Part shown: in pieces, positions 1 to 8,700 of the stretch
How the letters are laid out: each line of letters starts with the position of its first letter
Numbering within the stretch: position 1 is the stretch's first letter
Virus record (IMG/VR): IMGVR_UViG_2778261641_000010
Span: 1-17,095 of that record
From: a virus
Taxonomy: Duplodnaviria; Heunggongvirae; Uroviricota; Caudoviricetes
DNA length: 17,095 nt
Strand: one strand, 5' to 3'
Made by a program: the position numbers and the translations under genes
Notes under the pieces: model-generated
Databases searched by the model: none
Told to the model about the DNA's origin: nothing
What the model saw: the letters and a program-made list of their open reading frames with translations, nothing else

Positions 1-17
1 TTGCAGGAAACGGTAAA
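1..17. other. Inner end of the partner (left) crossover site / terminal inverted repeat of the invertible segment, truncated by the window edge
   Basis: Bases 1..17 are the reverse complement of 3027..3043 (1 mismatch). Bases 1..9 (ttgcaggaa) would be the last 9 bp of an inverted 26-bp site whose remainder lies left of the window. Confidence 0.5.
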
Positions 18-954
18 TCAGGCTTCTGGCGCATTACAGAAAAACCAGAACGGCGCAGATATTCCAGGAAAAGATACCTTCACCAAAAATATTGGTGCCT
101 GCCGCGCATACAGCCCATGGCTGAATATTGGTGGCGATAGTCAGGTCTGGACAACCGCGCAATTTATTTCGTGGCTGGAGAGTCAGGGAGCATTTAACCA
201 TCCTTACTGGATGTGCAAAGGCTCATGGGCTTATGCAAATAATAAGGTCATTACAGATACAGGTTGCGGAAATATTTGTCTTGCAGGTGCTGTGGTGGAA
301 GTTATTGGCACTCGCGGCGCAATGACCATACGCGTTACTACGCCGAGCACGTCCAGCGGTGGCGGAATTACTAACGCTCAATTCACTTATATTAATCATG
401 GTGATGCTTATGCTCCTGGCTGGCGACGAGACTACAACACGAAAAACCAGCAGCCTGCATTTGCTTTAGGGCAAACAGGACGCAGGGTCGCAAATGATAA
501 AGCTGTTGGCTGGAACTGGAATAGCGGCGTTTATGATGCAGATATCAGTGGCGCATCGACATTAATCCTCCACTTTAATATGAATGCGGGGAGTTGCCCT
601 GCTGTACAGTTCCGCGTGAATTATAAAAACGGCGGTATCTTTTATCGTTCAGCGCGTGATGGTTATGGCTTTGAAGCTAACTGGTCAGAGTTTTACACCA
701 CAACCCGCAAACCCTCTGCGGGGGATGTTGGTGCATATACGCAGGCAGAGTGTAACTCAAGGTTTATTACAGGTATTCGCCTGGGCGGTCTGTCATCTGT
801 TCAGACATGGAATGGTCCCGGCTGGTCTGACAGGTCAGGTTATGTCGTTACAGGTTCAGTTAACGGAAACCGTGATGAATTAATTGATACAACACAGGCA
901 AGGCCAATTCAGTATTGCATTAATGGAACGTGGTATAACGCGGGGAGTATTTAA
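1..954 (+). CDS. Alternative tail-fibre C-terminal (variable) domain cassette, 5'-truncated by the window edge; currently not joined to the stf constant part
   Basis: Open frame from base 1 to the stop at 952-954. The first 17 nt (ttgcaggaaacggtaaa, encoding LQETVN) are the reverse complement of 3027..3043 inside stf with one mismatch, then the sequence diverges. The C-terminus ...[14 protein letters not shown] matches the stf C-terminus ...FRPIQKYINGTWYN. It is followed 2 nt later by a tfa-type gene. No start codon or RBS of its own, as expected for a silent cassette. Confidence 0.7.
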   Translation: MQETVNQASGALQKNQNGADIPGKDTFTKNIGACRAYSPWLNIGGDSQVWTTAQFISWLESQGAFNHPYWMCKGSWAYANNKVITDTGCGNICLAGAVVEVIGTRGAMTIRVTTPSTSSGGGITNAQFTYINHGDAYAPGWRRDYNTKNQQPAFALGQTGRRVANDKAVGWNWNSGVYDADISGASTLILHFNMNAGSCPAVQFRVNYKNGGIFYRSARDGYGFEANWSEFYTTTRKPSAGDVGAYTQAECNSRFITGIRLGGLSSVQTWNGPGWSDRSGYVVTGSVNGNRDELIDTTQARPIQYCINGTWYNAGSI

Positions 955-956
955 TT

Positions 957-1490
957 ATGATGCACTTAAAAAACATTACTGCTGGCAATCCTAAAACGAA
1001 AGAACAATACCAGCTAACAAAGCAATTTAACATCAAATGGCTTTATTCAGATGATGGAAAAAACTGGTATGAGGAACAAAAGAACTTTCAGCCTGATACG
1101 TTGAAAATGGTCTATGACCGTAACGGCGTTATTATTTGTATTGAAAAGGATGTTTCAGCAATTAATCCAGAAGGCGCAAGCGTCGTTGAGGTTCCTGATA
1201 TTACAGCAAATCGCCGGGCTGATATTTCGGGTAAATGGATGTTCAAAGATGGCGTAGTGGTAAAGCGAACTTATACCGAGGAAGAGCAGAGGCAGCAGGC
1301 GGAAAATGAAAAGCAAAGCCTGCTACAGCTCGTCAGGGATAAAACCCAGCTATGGGACTCACAGCTACGGCTGGGCATCATTTCCGACGAGAATAAACAA
1401 AAATTAACCGAGTGGATGCTCTATGCGCAGAAAGTCGAATCTACAGACACTTCCAGCCTGCCAGTAACGTTTCCCGAACAACCTGAATGA
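957..1490 (+). CDS. tfa: Tail fibre assembly protein (Tfa/Mu U-like chaperone), partner of the silent fibre-tip cassette
   Basis: 177-aa ORF. The N-terminal ~110 aa ([22 protein letters not shown]...[19 protein letters not shown]) are near-identical to the minus-strand Tfa at 1519..2046, and the C-terminal ~60 aa are divergent. It starts 2 nt after the upstream fibre-tip stop. Confidence 0.8.
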   Translation: MMHLKNITAGNPKTKEQYQLTKQFNIKWLYSDDGKNWYEEQKNFQPDTLKMVYDRNGVIICIEKDVSAINPEGASVVEVPDITANRRADISGKWMFKDGVVVKRTYTEEEQRQQAENEKQSLLQLVRDKTQLWDSQLRLGIISDENKQKLTEWMLYAQKVESTDTSSLPVTFPEQPE

Positions 1491-1493
1491 GAC

Positions 1494-1520
1494 AAGGCCC
1501 GATAGCGGGCCTTAATTTTT
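1494..1520 (+). terminator. Hairpin terminator between the two convergent tfa genes
   Basis: aaggcccg-atag-cgggcctt forms an 8-bp GC-rich stem with a 4-nt loop, followed on the plus strand by aatttttatt and preceded by an A-rich run on the minus strand. It lies exactly between the convergent stops at 1490 and 1519. Confidence 0.55.
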
Positions 1521-2046
1521 ATTCAGGCTTTTGTGGCCATTCAGGATTTGCCGTATCCACACGGCTGACCAGAACACTGTAGCGTTCCCATGACTCCAGT
1601 CGTGCGCGTTCCTCATCCGTCGCCATATTCAGCCTGACGGCGCGTTCCAGTGGCTGAATAATGCTTTCTGCTTCGGAAAGTAACGCGGCCTTTTGTGATT
1701 CTGCCTGTTGTTGCTGCTCATCTGTCGTATAAATCCGTTTAACTACAGTTCCGTCCTTAAACATCCACTTCCCTGAATCATCGGCGCGACGATTGGCTGT
1801 TATATCTGGAATCTCAACGACACTAAAGCCTTCGGGATTAAGCGTTGAGGCATCTCTGGTGATAGCGACAATAATATTATTTTCATCGTAAACAATCTTT
1901 ATTGTGTCTGGCTGAAAGTTCTTCACTTCCTCATACCAGTTTTTTCCGTCTTCGGACCATAACCAGATAACATCAAAATTCTTTGTTAGCTGATATTGCT
2001 CTTTTGTTTTTGGATTACCTGACTTAATGTTCTTTAAATGCTGCAT
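1519..2046 (-). CDS. tfa: Tail fibre assembly protein (Tfa) for the currently expressed fibre tip
   Basis: 175-aa ORF. ATG at 2046 lies 3 nt after the stf stop, with AGGTG upstream. The C-terminal motif ...[27 protein letters not shown] is typical of lambda Tfa / Mu U-family chaperones. Confidence 0.85.
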   Translation of the reverse strand: MQHLKNIKSGNPKTKEQYQLTKNFDVIWLWSEDGKNWYEEVKNFQPDTIKIVYDENNIIVAITRDASTLNPEGFSVVEIPDITANRRADDSGKWMFKDGTVVKRIYTTDEQQQQAESQKAALLSEAESIIQPLERAVRLNMATDEERARLESWERYSVLVSRVDTANPEWPQKPE

Positions 2047-2049
2047 AAC

Positions 2050-5000
2050 TTACACCTGCGCAACGTTATACCATGTGCCATTGATGTATTTTTGTATCGG
2101 CCTGAAGATGGCTTCATCATCGCCATCTACTTCACCAATGATTCTTAATCCGGTAATCGTGTGTCCGGCTTTTTCATAACGACCACCACGCGCCATCAAT
2201 TGAACAACACGTGTGCCAAGTCGGACATCTCTCACATAGCGTGAGTCAAAATTGCCATAATTTCCGGGAATAATTTGCGCACCGCAAAGCCAGTTACCGT
2301 TATTGTCCATGTACGCCTGACCATCGGTGCCATTGGCTGTCCTTGAGTTATTAATCATGTAGATGCCAAATTGCTTGTTCCCCAGTCCACCTATCATGAA
2401 CTTGCGGTCAGCGTGATTCTGGCGAAGCAACGCCTGAGCGCTATCAGTGTTAACTATATTTTTCCCAAAGATAGCGTTGTTATCGCGCATCTGAATCCAC
2501 ATACCATTACTGCTGTTAATAGCAAAACGGTCTGAAAGCGTCTCCCCTGAAACATTAAGGCCACGCCCCATCGAAACAGCGCCAGTAGCGTTATTAATCC
2601 ATAATGGCCTTAATCCGTTATAAGTCCCCATGTTGTCACCGGAGTTTGTCAACATGAAGTATGTATTTGAACCATCATTACGAATAAAGAATCCGTAATT
2701 ACCATAAGCAATACGTAGGCCGTTTGCTGATTTTGATATGACTTCGCCATTTACAATGGCATTGACAAGAACATACAAAGCATCCCATTTAAGATTCATC
2801 AGGTCTTTTGTTGTGGTGCTTTGTTTGCTTCTCCATTTGAAATATTCATTGCCGTTGTCGCCTGTTTCAAACCACATGTATGAATCAGTATCGCTGTCGG
2901 CATCATTTTTAAAACCAATCTTCGCCCAGTCAGTATTTCGAATCCAGGCAAGGATTGAGTCATTTTCAAAAGTAAGCCCGCCGGACAAGGTATCGCCTGT
3001 CTTTTGAACGGCGTTACCAGCCTTGTTTACCGTTTCCTGTAAACCGAGGTATTCGATAACGGCGGCAACGGTCGATTTCGCAAGAATATCCCGCCCGACT
3101 TTTGTCAGGGTTGCCAGGCTGGCGACATCATTCCCCGTAAAATACGGAAACCTGTCTGCCGCAGTAGCAAGCCCGGCCAGCGCCGTCAGGGTGGCATCTT
3201 TCGGTTGCTTACCCGCAAGCGCGTTAGTCATGGTGGTCGCAAAATTCGGGTCGTTTCCCAGCGCCGCCGCCAGCTCGTTCAGCGTGTTCAGTGCGTCAGG
3301 TGACGAATCTACAAGGGCGGCAATCGCAGCCATAACGAAAGCCGTGCTTGCGATCTGAGTATTGTTAGTACCTTTTGGCGCAGTTGGTGTTGTTGGTGTT
3401 CCGGTCAGCGCCGGACTGTTCAGGGGCGCTTTCTTGTTCGTTTCATCCATTACCACCTTTACAGCTTTCGATGTCGCGGCCAGTGTTTCAGACGTGCTGT
3501 TGGTGGCGCTACTGAGCTGGACAAGGCCTTTTCGCGTCGTGCTGGCATCCTGCGCAGTATATTTACCGTTAGCAAGATCATACGCGGCCTTTACTGCTTT
3601 CGGCGTTGCAGCCTGCGTTTCAGACGTGCTGTTGGTTGCACTACTAAGCTGAACCACACCTTTTTTCGTCGTGCTCGCATCCTCAAGCGCCACGGCGGAT
3701 GCAATATCCTCTGCCCGTTTTGCCGCTGTCTCAGCGCGCGTTGCTGCAGATTCCGCCGTACTTTTGCTCTGAGCTGCTGCCGTCGCACTACCAGCAGCCT
3801 CTGTCGCCTTCGTGGATGCCGTCGTGGCGCTGCCCTTCGCTGCTGACGCCTGTCTGGTCGCCTCATCTTTTGAAGCAGACGCCGATGAGGCCGATGACGC
3901 CGCCGAACTGGCGGACGATGCCGCTGCCGTTTTTGAGGATTCTGCACGGGTTTCCGACACTTTCGCGTTCGTTTCGGATGTCTTCGCTGCGGAAGCTGAC
4001 CTCGCTGCTGCCGTGGCCTGTTCAGTGGCTTCGCCAGCCTTCGTTGTGGCTGTTGAAGCGGATGATGCGGCGCTTTCTGCCGACTTTCCGGCAGCGGTGG
4101 CACTGGCTGAGGCCTGCCCGGCACTTGTTGACGCGGCACTGGCAGATGATGCAGCCGCTGTTTTTGAGCCTGCCGCAGCTGAGGCACTCTGTCCCGCTGC
4201 CGTTTCAGAAGACCTGGCGTTCGTCTCGGACGTCTTTGCCGCCTTCGCGGAATTTCCTGCCGCCGTTGCCGAGGAAGCGGCACTACTGGCGCTTGATGAT
4301 GCGTTCGTTTCTGATGATTTCGCTGCCTCTTTTGAGGCCGCCGCATCCCAGGCTGAGGTGGCAGCTTCTGACGCCTTTGTGGTCGCTGCGGATGCAGAAG
4401 TGGCTGCAGATTTTTGTGACGCTGCCGCATTCGTTTCTGACGTTTTCGCCGCACCGGCACTGGTAGCTGCCGCGCTTTTTGAGGACTCTGCAGCGGCAGC
4501 ACTTTTTGATGCTTCAGTAGCCTTTGTTGATGCCGTTCCTGCGCTGGAAGACGCTGACTGAGCCGACGTCGCGGCCTGCCCGGCTGATGTGCTGGCTGCA
4601 CGTGCTGAGCCTGCAGCATCAGTCGCATGGGTTGCCGCCTCACGGGCTGATGTGCTGGCATCACTGGCTGACTTCTTCGCGGCTGCCGTGTTCTGTGCCA
4701 CCACGGACGCGTTACGCGCCACCTCTTCCACCATCAGCTCAAAACGGCGCAGTGCCTCCGGACGGGCGTCATCCTCCGTCATGGCACCGAGAAAATCATT
4801 CAGCGTACCGGGTCGGGAATCTTCATACACTGTGATGGTCCCGGCATGTGACGGCGGGAATCCTTCCACCAACAGAATAACGCTGTACTGACCGTACTCA
4901 ACGTCCATACTGTAACGCCCGGCTTCATCCGGATTTTCAGATGCCAGCGTGTTCACCACCACCGTGGTACTGTTACGTTTTGCTTTCAGCTGGATTGTGC

Positions 5001-5058
5001 AGTTCTGTACCGGTTTTCCTGTTCCGTCTTTCAGTACACCTGAAATTTTTACTGCCAT
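2050..5058 (-). CDS. stf: Side tail fibre protein Stf: lambda-like N-terminal constant part, long Ala/Ser/Thr-rich repetitive shaft, invertible C-terminal tip
   Basis: 1002 aa from the ATG at 5058 (MAVKISGVLKDGTGKPVQNCTIQLKA..., which I recognise as the lambda Stf N-terminus), with a GGAG RBS 5 nt upstream. The GTG two codons further upstream abuts the RBS and is rejected. Phage tail-fibre repeat motifs (DASTTxKGxVQLSSATNSTSE) occur twice. A gix-like site lies in frame at 3034..3059. Confidence 0.85.
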   Translation of the reverse strand: MAVKISGVLKDGTGKPVQNCTIQLKAKRNSTTVVVNTLASENPDEAGRYSMDVEYGQYSVILLVEGFPPSHAGTITVYEDSRPGTLNDFLGAMTEDDARPEALRRFELMVEEVARNASVVAQNTAAAKKSASDASTSAREAATHATDAAGSARAASTSAGQAATSAQSASSSAGTASTKATEASKSAAAAESSKSAAATSAGAAKTSETNAAASQKSAATSASAATTKASEAATSAWDAAASKEAAKSSETNASSSASSAASSATAAGNSAKAAKTSETNARSSETAAGQSASAAAGSKTAAASSASAASTSAGQASASATAAGKSAESAASSASTATTKAGEATEQATAAARSASAAKTSETNAKVSETRAESSKTAAASSASSAASSASSASASKDEATRQASAAKGSATTASTKATEAAGSATAAAQSKSTAESAATRAETAAKRAEDIASAVALEDASTTKKGVVQLSSATNSTSETQAATPKAVKAAYDLANGKYTAQDASTTRKGLVQLSSATNSTSETLAATSKAVKVVMDETNKKAPLNSPALTGTPTTPTAPKGTNNTQIASTAFVMAAIAALVDSSPDALNTLNELAAALGNDPNFATTMTNALAGKQPKDATLTALAGLATAADRFPYFTGNDVASLATLTKVGRDILAKSTVAAVIEYLGLQETVNKAGNAVQKTGDTLSGGLTFENDSILAWIRNTDWAKIGFKNDADSDTDSYMWFETGDNGNEYFKWRSKQSTTTKDLMNLKWDALYVLVNAIVNGEVISKSANGLRIAYGNYGFFIRNDGSNTYFMLTNSGDNMGTYNGLRPLWINNATGAVSMGRGLNVSGETLSDRFAINSSNGMWIQMRDNNAIFGKNIVNTDSAQALLRQNHADRKFMIGGLGNKQFGIYMINNSRTANGTDGQAYMDNNGNWLCGAQIIPGNYGNFDSRYVRDVRLGTRVVQLMARGGRYEKAGHTITGLRIIGEVDGDDEAIFRPIQKYINGTWYNVAQV
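3034..3059. other. gix/cix/pix-family 26-bp recombination (crossover) site for a Gin/Pin-type serine invertase, embedded in stf
   Basis: ttcctgtaaaccgaggtattcgataa: imperfect dyad around a central GA, and from memory a ~23/26 match to Mu gixL (TTCCTGTAAACCGAGGTTTTGGATAA). It sits exactly where the two fibre-tip sequences stop being alike. It encodes ...IEYLGLQE... in the stf frame. Confidence 0.7.
3437..3700 (-). repeat. Tandem direct repeat (2 x 132 bp, imperfect) inside stf encoding duplicated phage tail-fibre repeat motif
   Basis: The block cagacgtgctgttggt(g/t)gc(g/a)ctact(g/a)agctg appears at ~3489..3520 and ~3621..3652, 132 bp (44 codons) apart. Encoded peptides are DASTTKKGVVQLSSATNSTSETQAATPKAV and DASTTRKGLVQLSSATNSTSETLAATSKAV. 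Confidence 0.7.
3700..4730 (-). repeat. Low-complexity Ala/Ser/Thr/Lys-rich periodic region of stf (fibre shaft) with recurring AAKTSETNA-type units
   Basis: The translation shows AAKTSETNAAAS / AAKSSETNASSS / AAKTSETNARSS / AAKTSETNAKVS units. All three frames of both strands are open over much of this stretch because of the GC-rich repetitive composition. Confidence 0.6.
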
Positions 5059-5067
5059 ATTCACTCC

Positions 5068-5096
5068 ACAAAAAAGCCCGCCTGAACCGGCGGGCT
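5068..5096 (-). terminator. Rho-independent terminator downstream of lom, immediately upstream of the stf RBS
   Basis: Minus strand AGCCCGCC-GGTTCA-GGCGGGCT (8-bp GC stem) followed by TTTTTTGTGG, running straight into the stf GGAG RBS and ATG. Confidence 0.7.
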
Positions 5097-5122
5097 GTCA
5101 TAACACTGTGTTACCTGGCTAA

Positions 5123-5722
5123 TCAGAATTTATAACCGACACCCACGATGAAACCGTCAGTGCGCCAGTCGCCACTGCCGGAACCTTCATAAGCAAGGTC
5201 AATGGCCACGGATTCGGTCGGGTTAAACTGCACGCCAGCCCCCCACGCCAGAGACGTGTTGCTGTGGCGACCGCCATCACTCCCGGTCAGCACATCGTGC
5301 GTTTTCCCCTTGTTGTCAGTTACGCGGAGATAATCCCCGGAGAACGTCGAAACACGGCTGTAAGCCACACCCGCCATCGCATAAGCACTGAACCATTCAT
5401 TCACGCGTACAGACGGCCCCGCCATCACGCTGAACCAGCGGTTACGCACTGAATCTTCATGCCAGCGGGTATCGCTGTAACGGGTAATCTGGCGATTCTT
5501 GTCTCCTGCATAGCTGAATGACGTCACCAGCCCCAGCGTGTCCGTAAATTCATAACGGTATTTCACGTTAATGCCCTTCAGGTCATCACTGCCTGGCATA
5601 TCAGTATGGGTCTGAAGATACCCGGCGCTTAGTGTGGACTGATGCTCTGCTGCGCTCGCTGGCGTACCAGCGGCAACCAGCCAGACTACTGCGGACAGAA
5701 TAACAGCACATAATTTACGCAT
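5123..5722 (-). CDS. lom: Lom outer-membrane protein (Ail/Lom/PagC/OmpX-family beta-barrel); lysogenic-conversion moron
   Basis: 199 aa. N-terminal signal peptide [29 protein letters not shown]-terminal ...[10 protein letters not shown] beta-barrel signature, and strong resemblance to lambda Lom as I recall it ([10 protein letters not shown]...[11 protein letters not shown]...[34 protein letters not shown]). RBS AGAGGT 5 nt before the ATG. Confidence 0.9.
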   Translation of the reverse strand: MRKLCAVILSAVVWLVAAGTPASAAEHQSTLSAGYLQTHTDMPGSDDLKGINVKYRYEFTDTLGLVTSFSYAGDKNRQITRYSDTRWHEDSVRNRWFSVMAGPSVRVNEWFSAYAMAGVAYSRVSTFSGDYLRVTDNKGKTHDVLTGSDGGRHSNTSLAWGAGVQFNPTESVAIDLAYEGSGSGDWRTDGFIVGVGYKF

Positions 5723-5743
5723 AATTACCTCTCGCTTTTCTGC

Positions 5744-5770
5744 AATAAAAAAGGCGCCATTTCTGGCGCC
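5744..5770 (-). terminator. Rho-independent terminator after J, upstream of lom
   Basis: Minus strand GGCGCCA-GAAA-TGGCGCC (7-bp stem, GNRA-type loop) followed by TTTTTTATT, about 20 nt after the J stop. Confidence 0.7.
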
Positions 5771-5789
5771 CGTATCTGGGTTATAAAAT

Positions 5790-8700
5790 TCAGCTAATCG
5801 TGATGCCTGCAGTGGCTTTCTTCATCACAACAACCAGCAAATCGCTGATACTTGCTGTGGGATACCAGTCATTTACCCACCATGCTGATACAGAAAACTC
5901 CAGTGTCATTACACCACTGCCTGCAGGCATATCAATAACACCCGTGTATATCAGCGTATTATCCAGAGCCGTTCGGTTATAAATTTCAGCCCCGTTTTTC
6001 TTCACTATCAGGCGGCATGACGAATAAGTATCGCTATTCTCCCGCTCATGTCTGGCACCGCTGAAAGCCACCGCTGGAATAACAATTTGCCGGTCAAACG
6101 GCTGATCGTCATAAACCCTGACGGTAATGGTCCCTGATGGCCACCGCTCCGGAGCACGGGAGTCCCGGGGGAAAGCTTTGCCCACTGTTTTAACGAGATC
6201 GCCTTCAATCTGGTTCGCGGACAGTTTTCCCAGAACCCGACAGTTCTCGTTAATCGTGACGTTGTTGAGCGTCCCGGAGTTCGCATTCACGTTACCGCTG
6301 ATATCGGCATTTTTCGCCGTCAGCCGCCCGTCCGGTGTCAGGGAAAATGCCGGAGGATTACCGCCGCTGGTAATGGTCGGAGCCGTCAGGCGTTTCAGGA
6401 ACACGTCGTTCATGAATATCTGATCGCCCTGACCAACAAACATTGGTCTTGTGTTGCCATTAGACGGATCAATAAACGCGATACGGTTAGCGGCAACCAG
6501 GAACTGGCTCAGTTTGCCTTCCTCCGTGTCCTCCATGCTGAGGCCAATACCCGCGACATAATGTTTGCCGTCTTTGGTCTGCTCAATTTTGACGCCCCAC
6601 ATGGCATTCCACTTATCGTTGGCGTCCTTCCACTCTTTCGAAAACTGCTCCAGTTTGCTGGCGTTATCTTCCGTCAGCTCAAAGTTTTCCAGTAGCTCCT
6701 TGCCGAGATGCGTTTTATTGATCAACCCTTTATAAAAATTCAGATAACCTTCCGCATCATCGCTCGCCCGACCGACGGCCTCCACAAATGCCGATTTACC
6801 AACGGTATTCACGCTGCGGATATAAAAGTAATAATCATAACCCGGCTTAATATTGCTACTGGCAGCTATCCAGTACAGCGCCGTGCCAAGATAGCGGGCT
6901 GTGGTTTCAACCTGCCTGATATCAGCAATCCGCTTTTCCGAGAACCAGAACTCAAACTGCACCGTCGGGTCATATACAGCCAGTTTCGGGACCGCTGTTA
7001 TCTGAAAATACCCTGGTATCAGTTCAATAGTGACAGGCGCTGCAGGTGCGGCAATCCGGAACGATACCGATGCCGGATCGCCCTGCTGCCCCCACGCATT
7101 TGCCGCCCGGACCGTCAGCGTGTAACGCCCCAGCGCCAGCTGCCTGAAGCGGTATGTGGTTTCCGTCGTCCGGACCGTGCTGACCAGCCGCTCACTGCCG
7201 TCATCCGCTGTTACGGTCAGACGGAGCAGGAAGCTCACGCCCTTCACCACCTTCGGCGTGTCCCAGCGGGCCAGTACCTGATATTCCCCGCTGTCTGCGG
7301 AGACTTCGGCGGTCAGATGCTGCACTGCTGGCGGCGTGACACCATTCACCGTGCCGCTCTGGTCGCCGTCAAAGTGCGCCCCGTTATCCACGATGGCTTC
7401 TTTTTCCGGTACATGCTGCACGGCGGTGATGGCATACGTGCCGTCGTCGTTCTCACGGATACTCACGCAGCGGAACAGGCGCTGGCGCAGCGTCGGCAGC
7501 TTCAGCCCCCATACGCTGTATTCAGCAACGCCGTCAGGAACACGGCTCACTTTCACCTTCACGCCGTCGGCGACGGACTGAACCTCCACGCTGACCGGAT
7601 TGCCACTTCCGTCAACCAGGCTTATCAGCGTGGTACCGGAGGATGGCAGCGTGATTTCACGGTCGAGCGTCAGCGTCCGGGTCTGGCTGTTCACCGCCAG
7701 CACACGACCACCGTTGCTGATACCGGCATAGTCATCATCGCAGATTTCAATGACATCGCCCGGTACATGGCGAAGCCCTTCAGCACCCACGCTGAAGTCC
7801 ACGGTCTGCGTTTCCAGCAGCTCCGTTTTAATCAGCCACAGCCCGGCGCGGTGTGCCTGCCCCCGGCTGGTACAGCCAAAGGCATCCATCTTCGTGACGT
7901 TACGACCGTAACGGGCAATGGCCTGCGTGTCCTCCACAAGCTCTGTTGCCGTCTCCCAGCCATTGTCCGGGTCAATCCAGTTCACCTCAACGGCATTATG
8001 GCGGTCCTTCAGGGCGCTGAAGCTGTAGCGGAACGGCGCGCCATCATCCGGCATCACCACATTACTGCGGTTATAGGTCCACACCTTATCCGACTGTCGG
8101 TCCTGCACGAACGTCAGCGTCTGCCCGTTCCATACCGGCATACAGCGCATCGCCGAGCAGAAATCACTGAGCACATCCCACGCCTTGCGCTGTGTGGTCA
8201 GGTACGCATTACAGGTGATGCGCGGCTCCGTGCCGCCAAAGCCGTCCGGCACTGACTGGTCGCAGTACTGGCCGATGACATACAGCGCCCATTTGTCCAC
8301 ATCCGCCGCACCAAGACGTTTCCCCATGCCGTAGCGCGGGTGGGTCAGCATATCCCACAGACACCAGGCCATGTTGTTGCTGTATGCTGGTTTTAACGTT
8401 CCGTCCCAGATACCGCTGTATTGTCGCGTCTGCGGGTTATAGTTCGACGGCACCTGCAGAATGCGCCCGCGAAGATGATAATTACGGCTCACCTGCTGGC
8501 TGCCGAACTGCTCCGAGTCCACCTGTACGCCGACCAGTGCCGTGTTCGGGTAGCACTGTTTCACATCGATGATCTCGGTGTATGACGACCAGAGCGTTTT
8601 GTTCTGCAGCTGGTCTGTGGTGCTGTCCGGCGTCATCCTGCGCATCCGGATATTGAACGGGCGCGGCGGCAGGTTATCCACCACCACCGAGGCCAGATAC

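Larger units (their letters stand above)
1..3046. mobile_element. Invertible DNA segment (Mu G-segment-like tail-fibre host-range switch): Sv' - tfa' - (inverted) tfa - Sv
   Basis: Two fibre-tip cassettes and two tfa genes in mirror arrangement, bounded by inverted repeats containing a gix-like site. The ~3.05 kb size resembles the Mu G segment. The left boundary and the expected invertase gene are outside the window. Confidence 0.65.

Noticed and set aside
3591-4664. Long alternative-frame ORFs across the stf shaft (357 aa Arg/Gln/Pro-rich on the minus strand; 249 aa Ala/Asp-rich and 255 aa on the plus strand, 3699..4561)
   Set aside because: They lie entirely within the repetitive GC-rich stf shaft, have extreme low-complexity composition, no RBS, and are the expected by-product of a stop-poor repetitive sequence. 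stf itself has lambda-like termini and the proper context.
5101-5113. Inverted repeat TAACAC-t-GTGTTA between the lom stop and the downstream terminator
   Set aside because: Only 6-bp arms. Several such matches are expected by chance in 17 kb, and there is no second copy or adjacent regulator gene to support an operator role.
5771-5900. Possible sigma70 promoter for lom within the 3' end of J (a TATAAC hexamer just upstream of the J-lom terminator)
   Set aside because: No acceptable -35 element at 16-18 bp spacing, and a transcript started there would immediately meet the terminator hairpin. Left as an open question rather than a feature.
6708-8255. 515-aa ORF on the plus strand antisense to J
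   Set aside because: Arg/His-rich composition typical of the antisense of a GC-rich gene. No RBS or promoter context, and fully embedded in the well-supported J gene.
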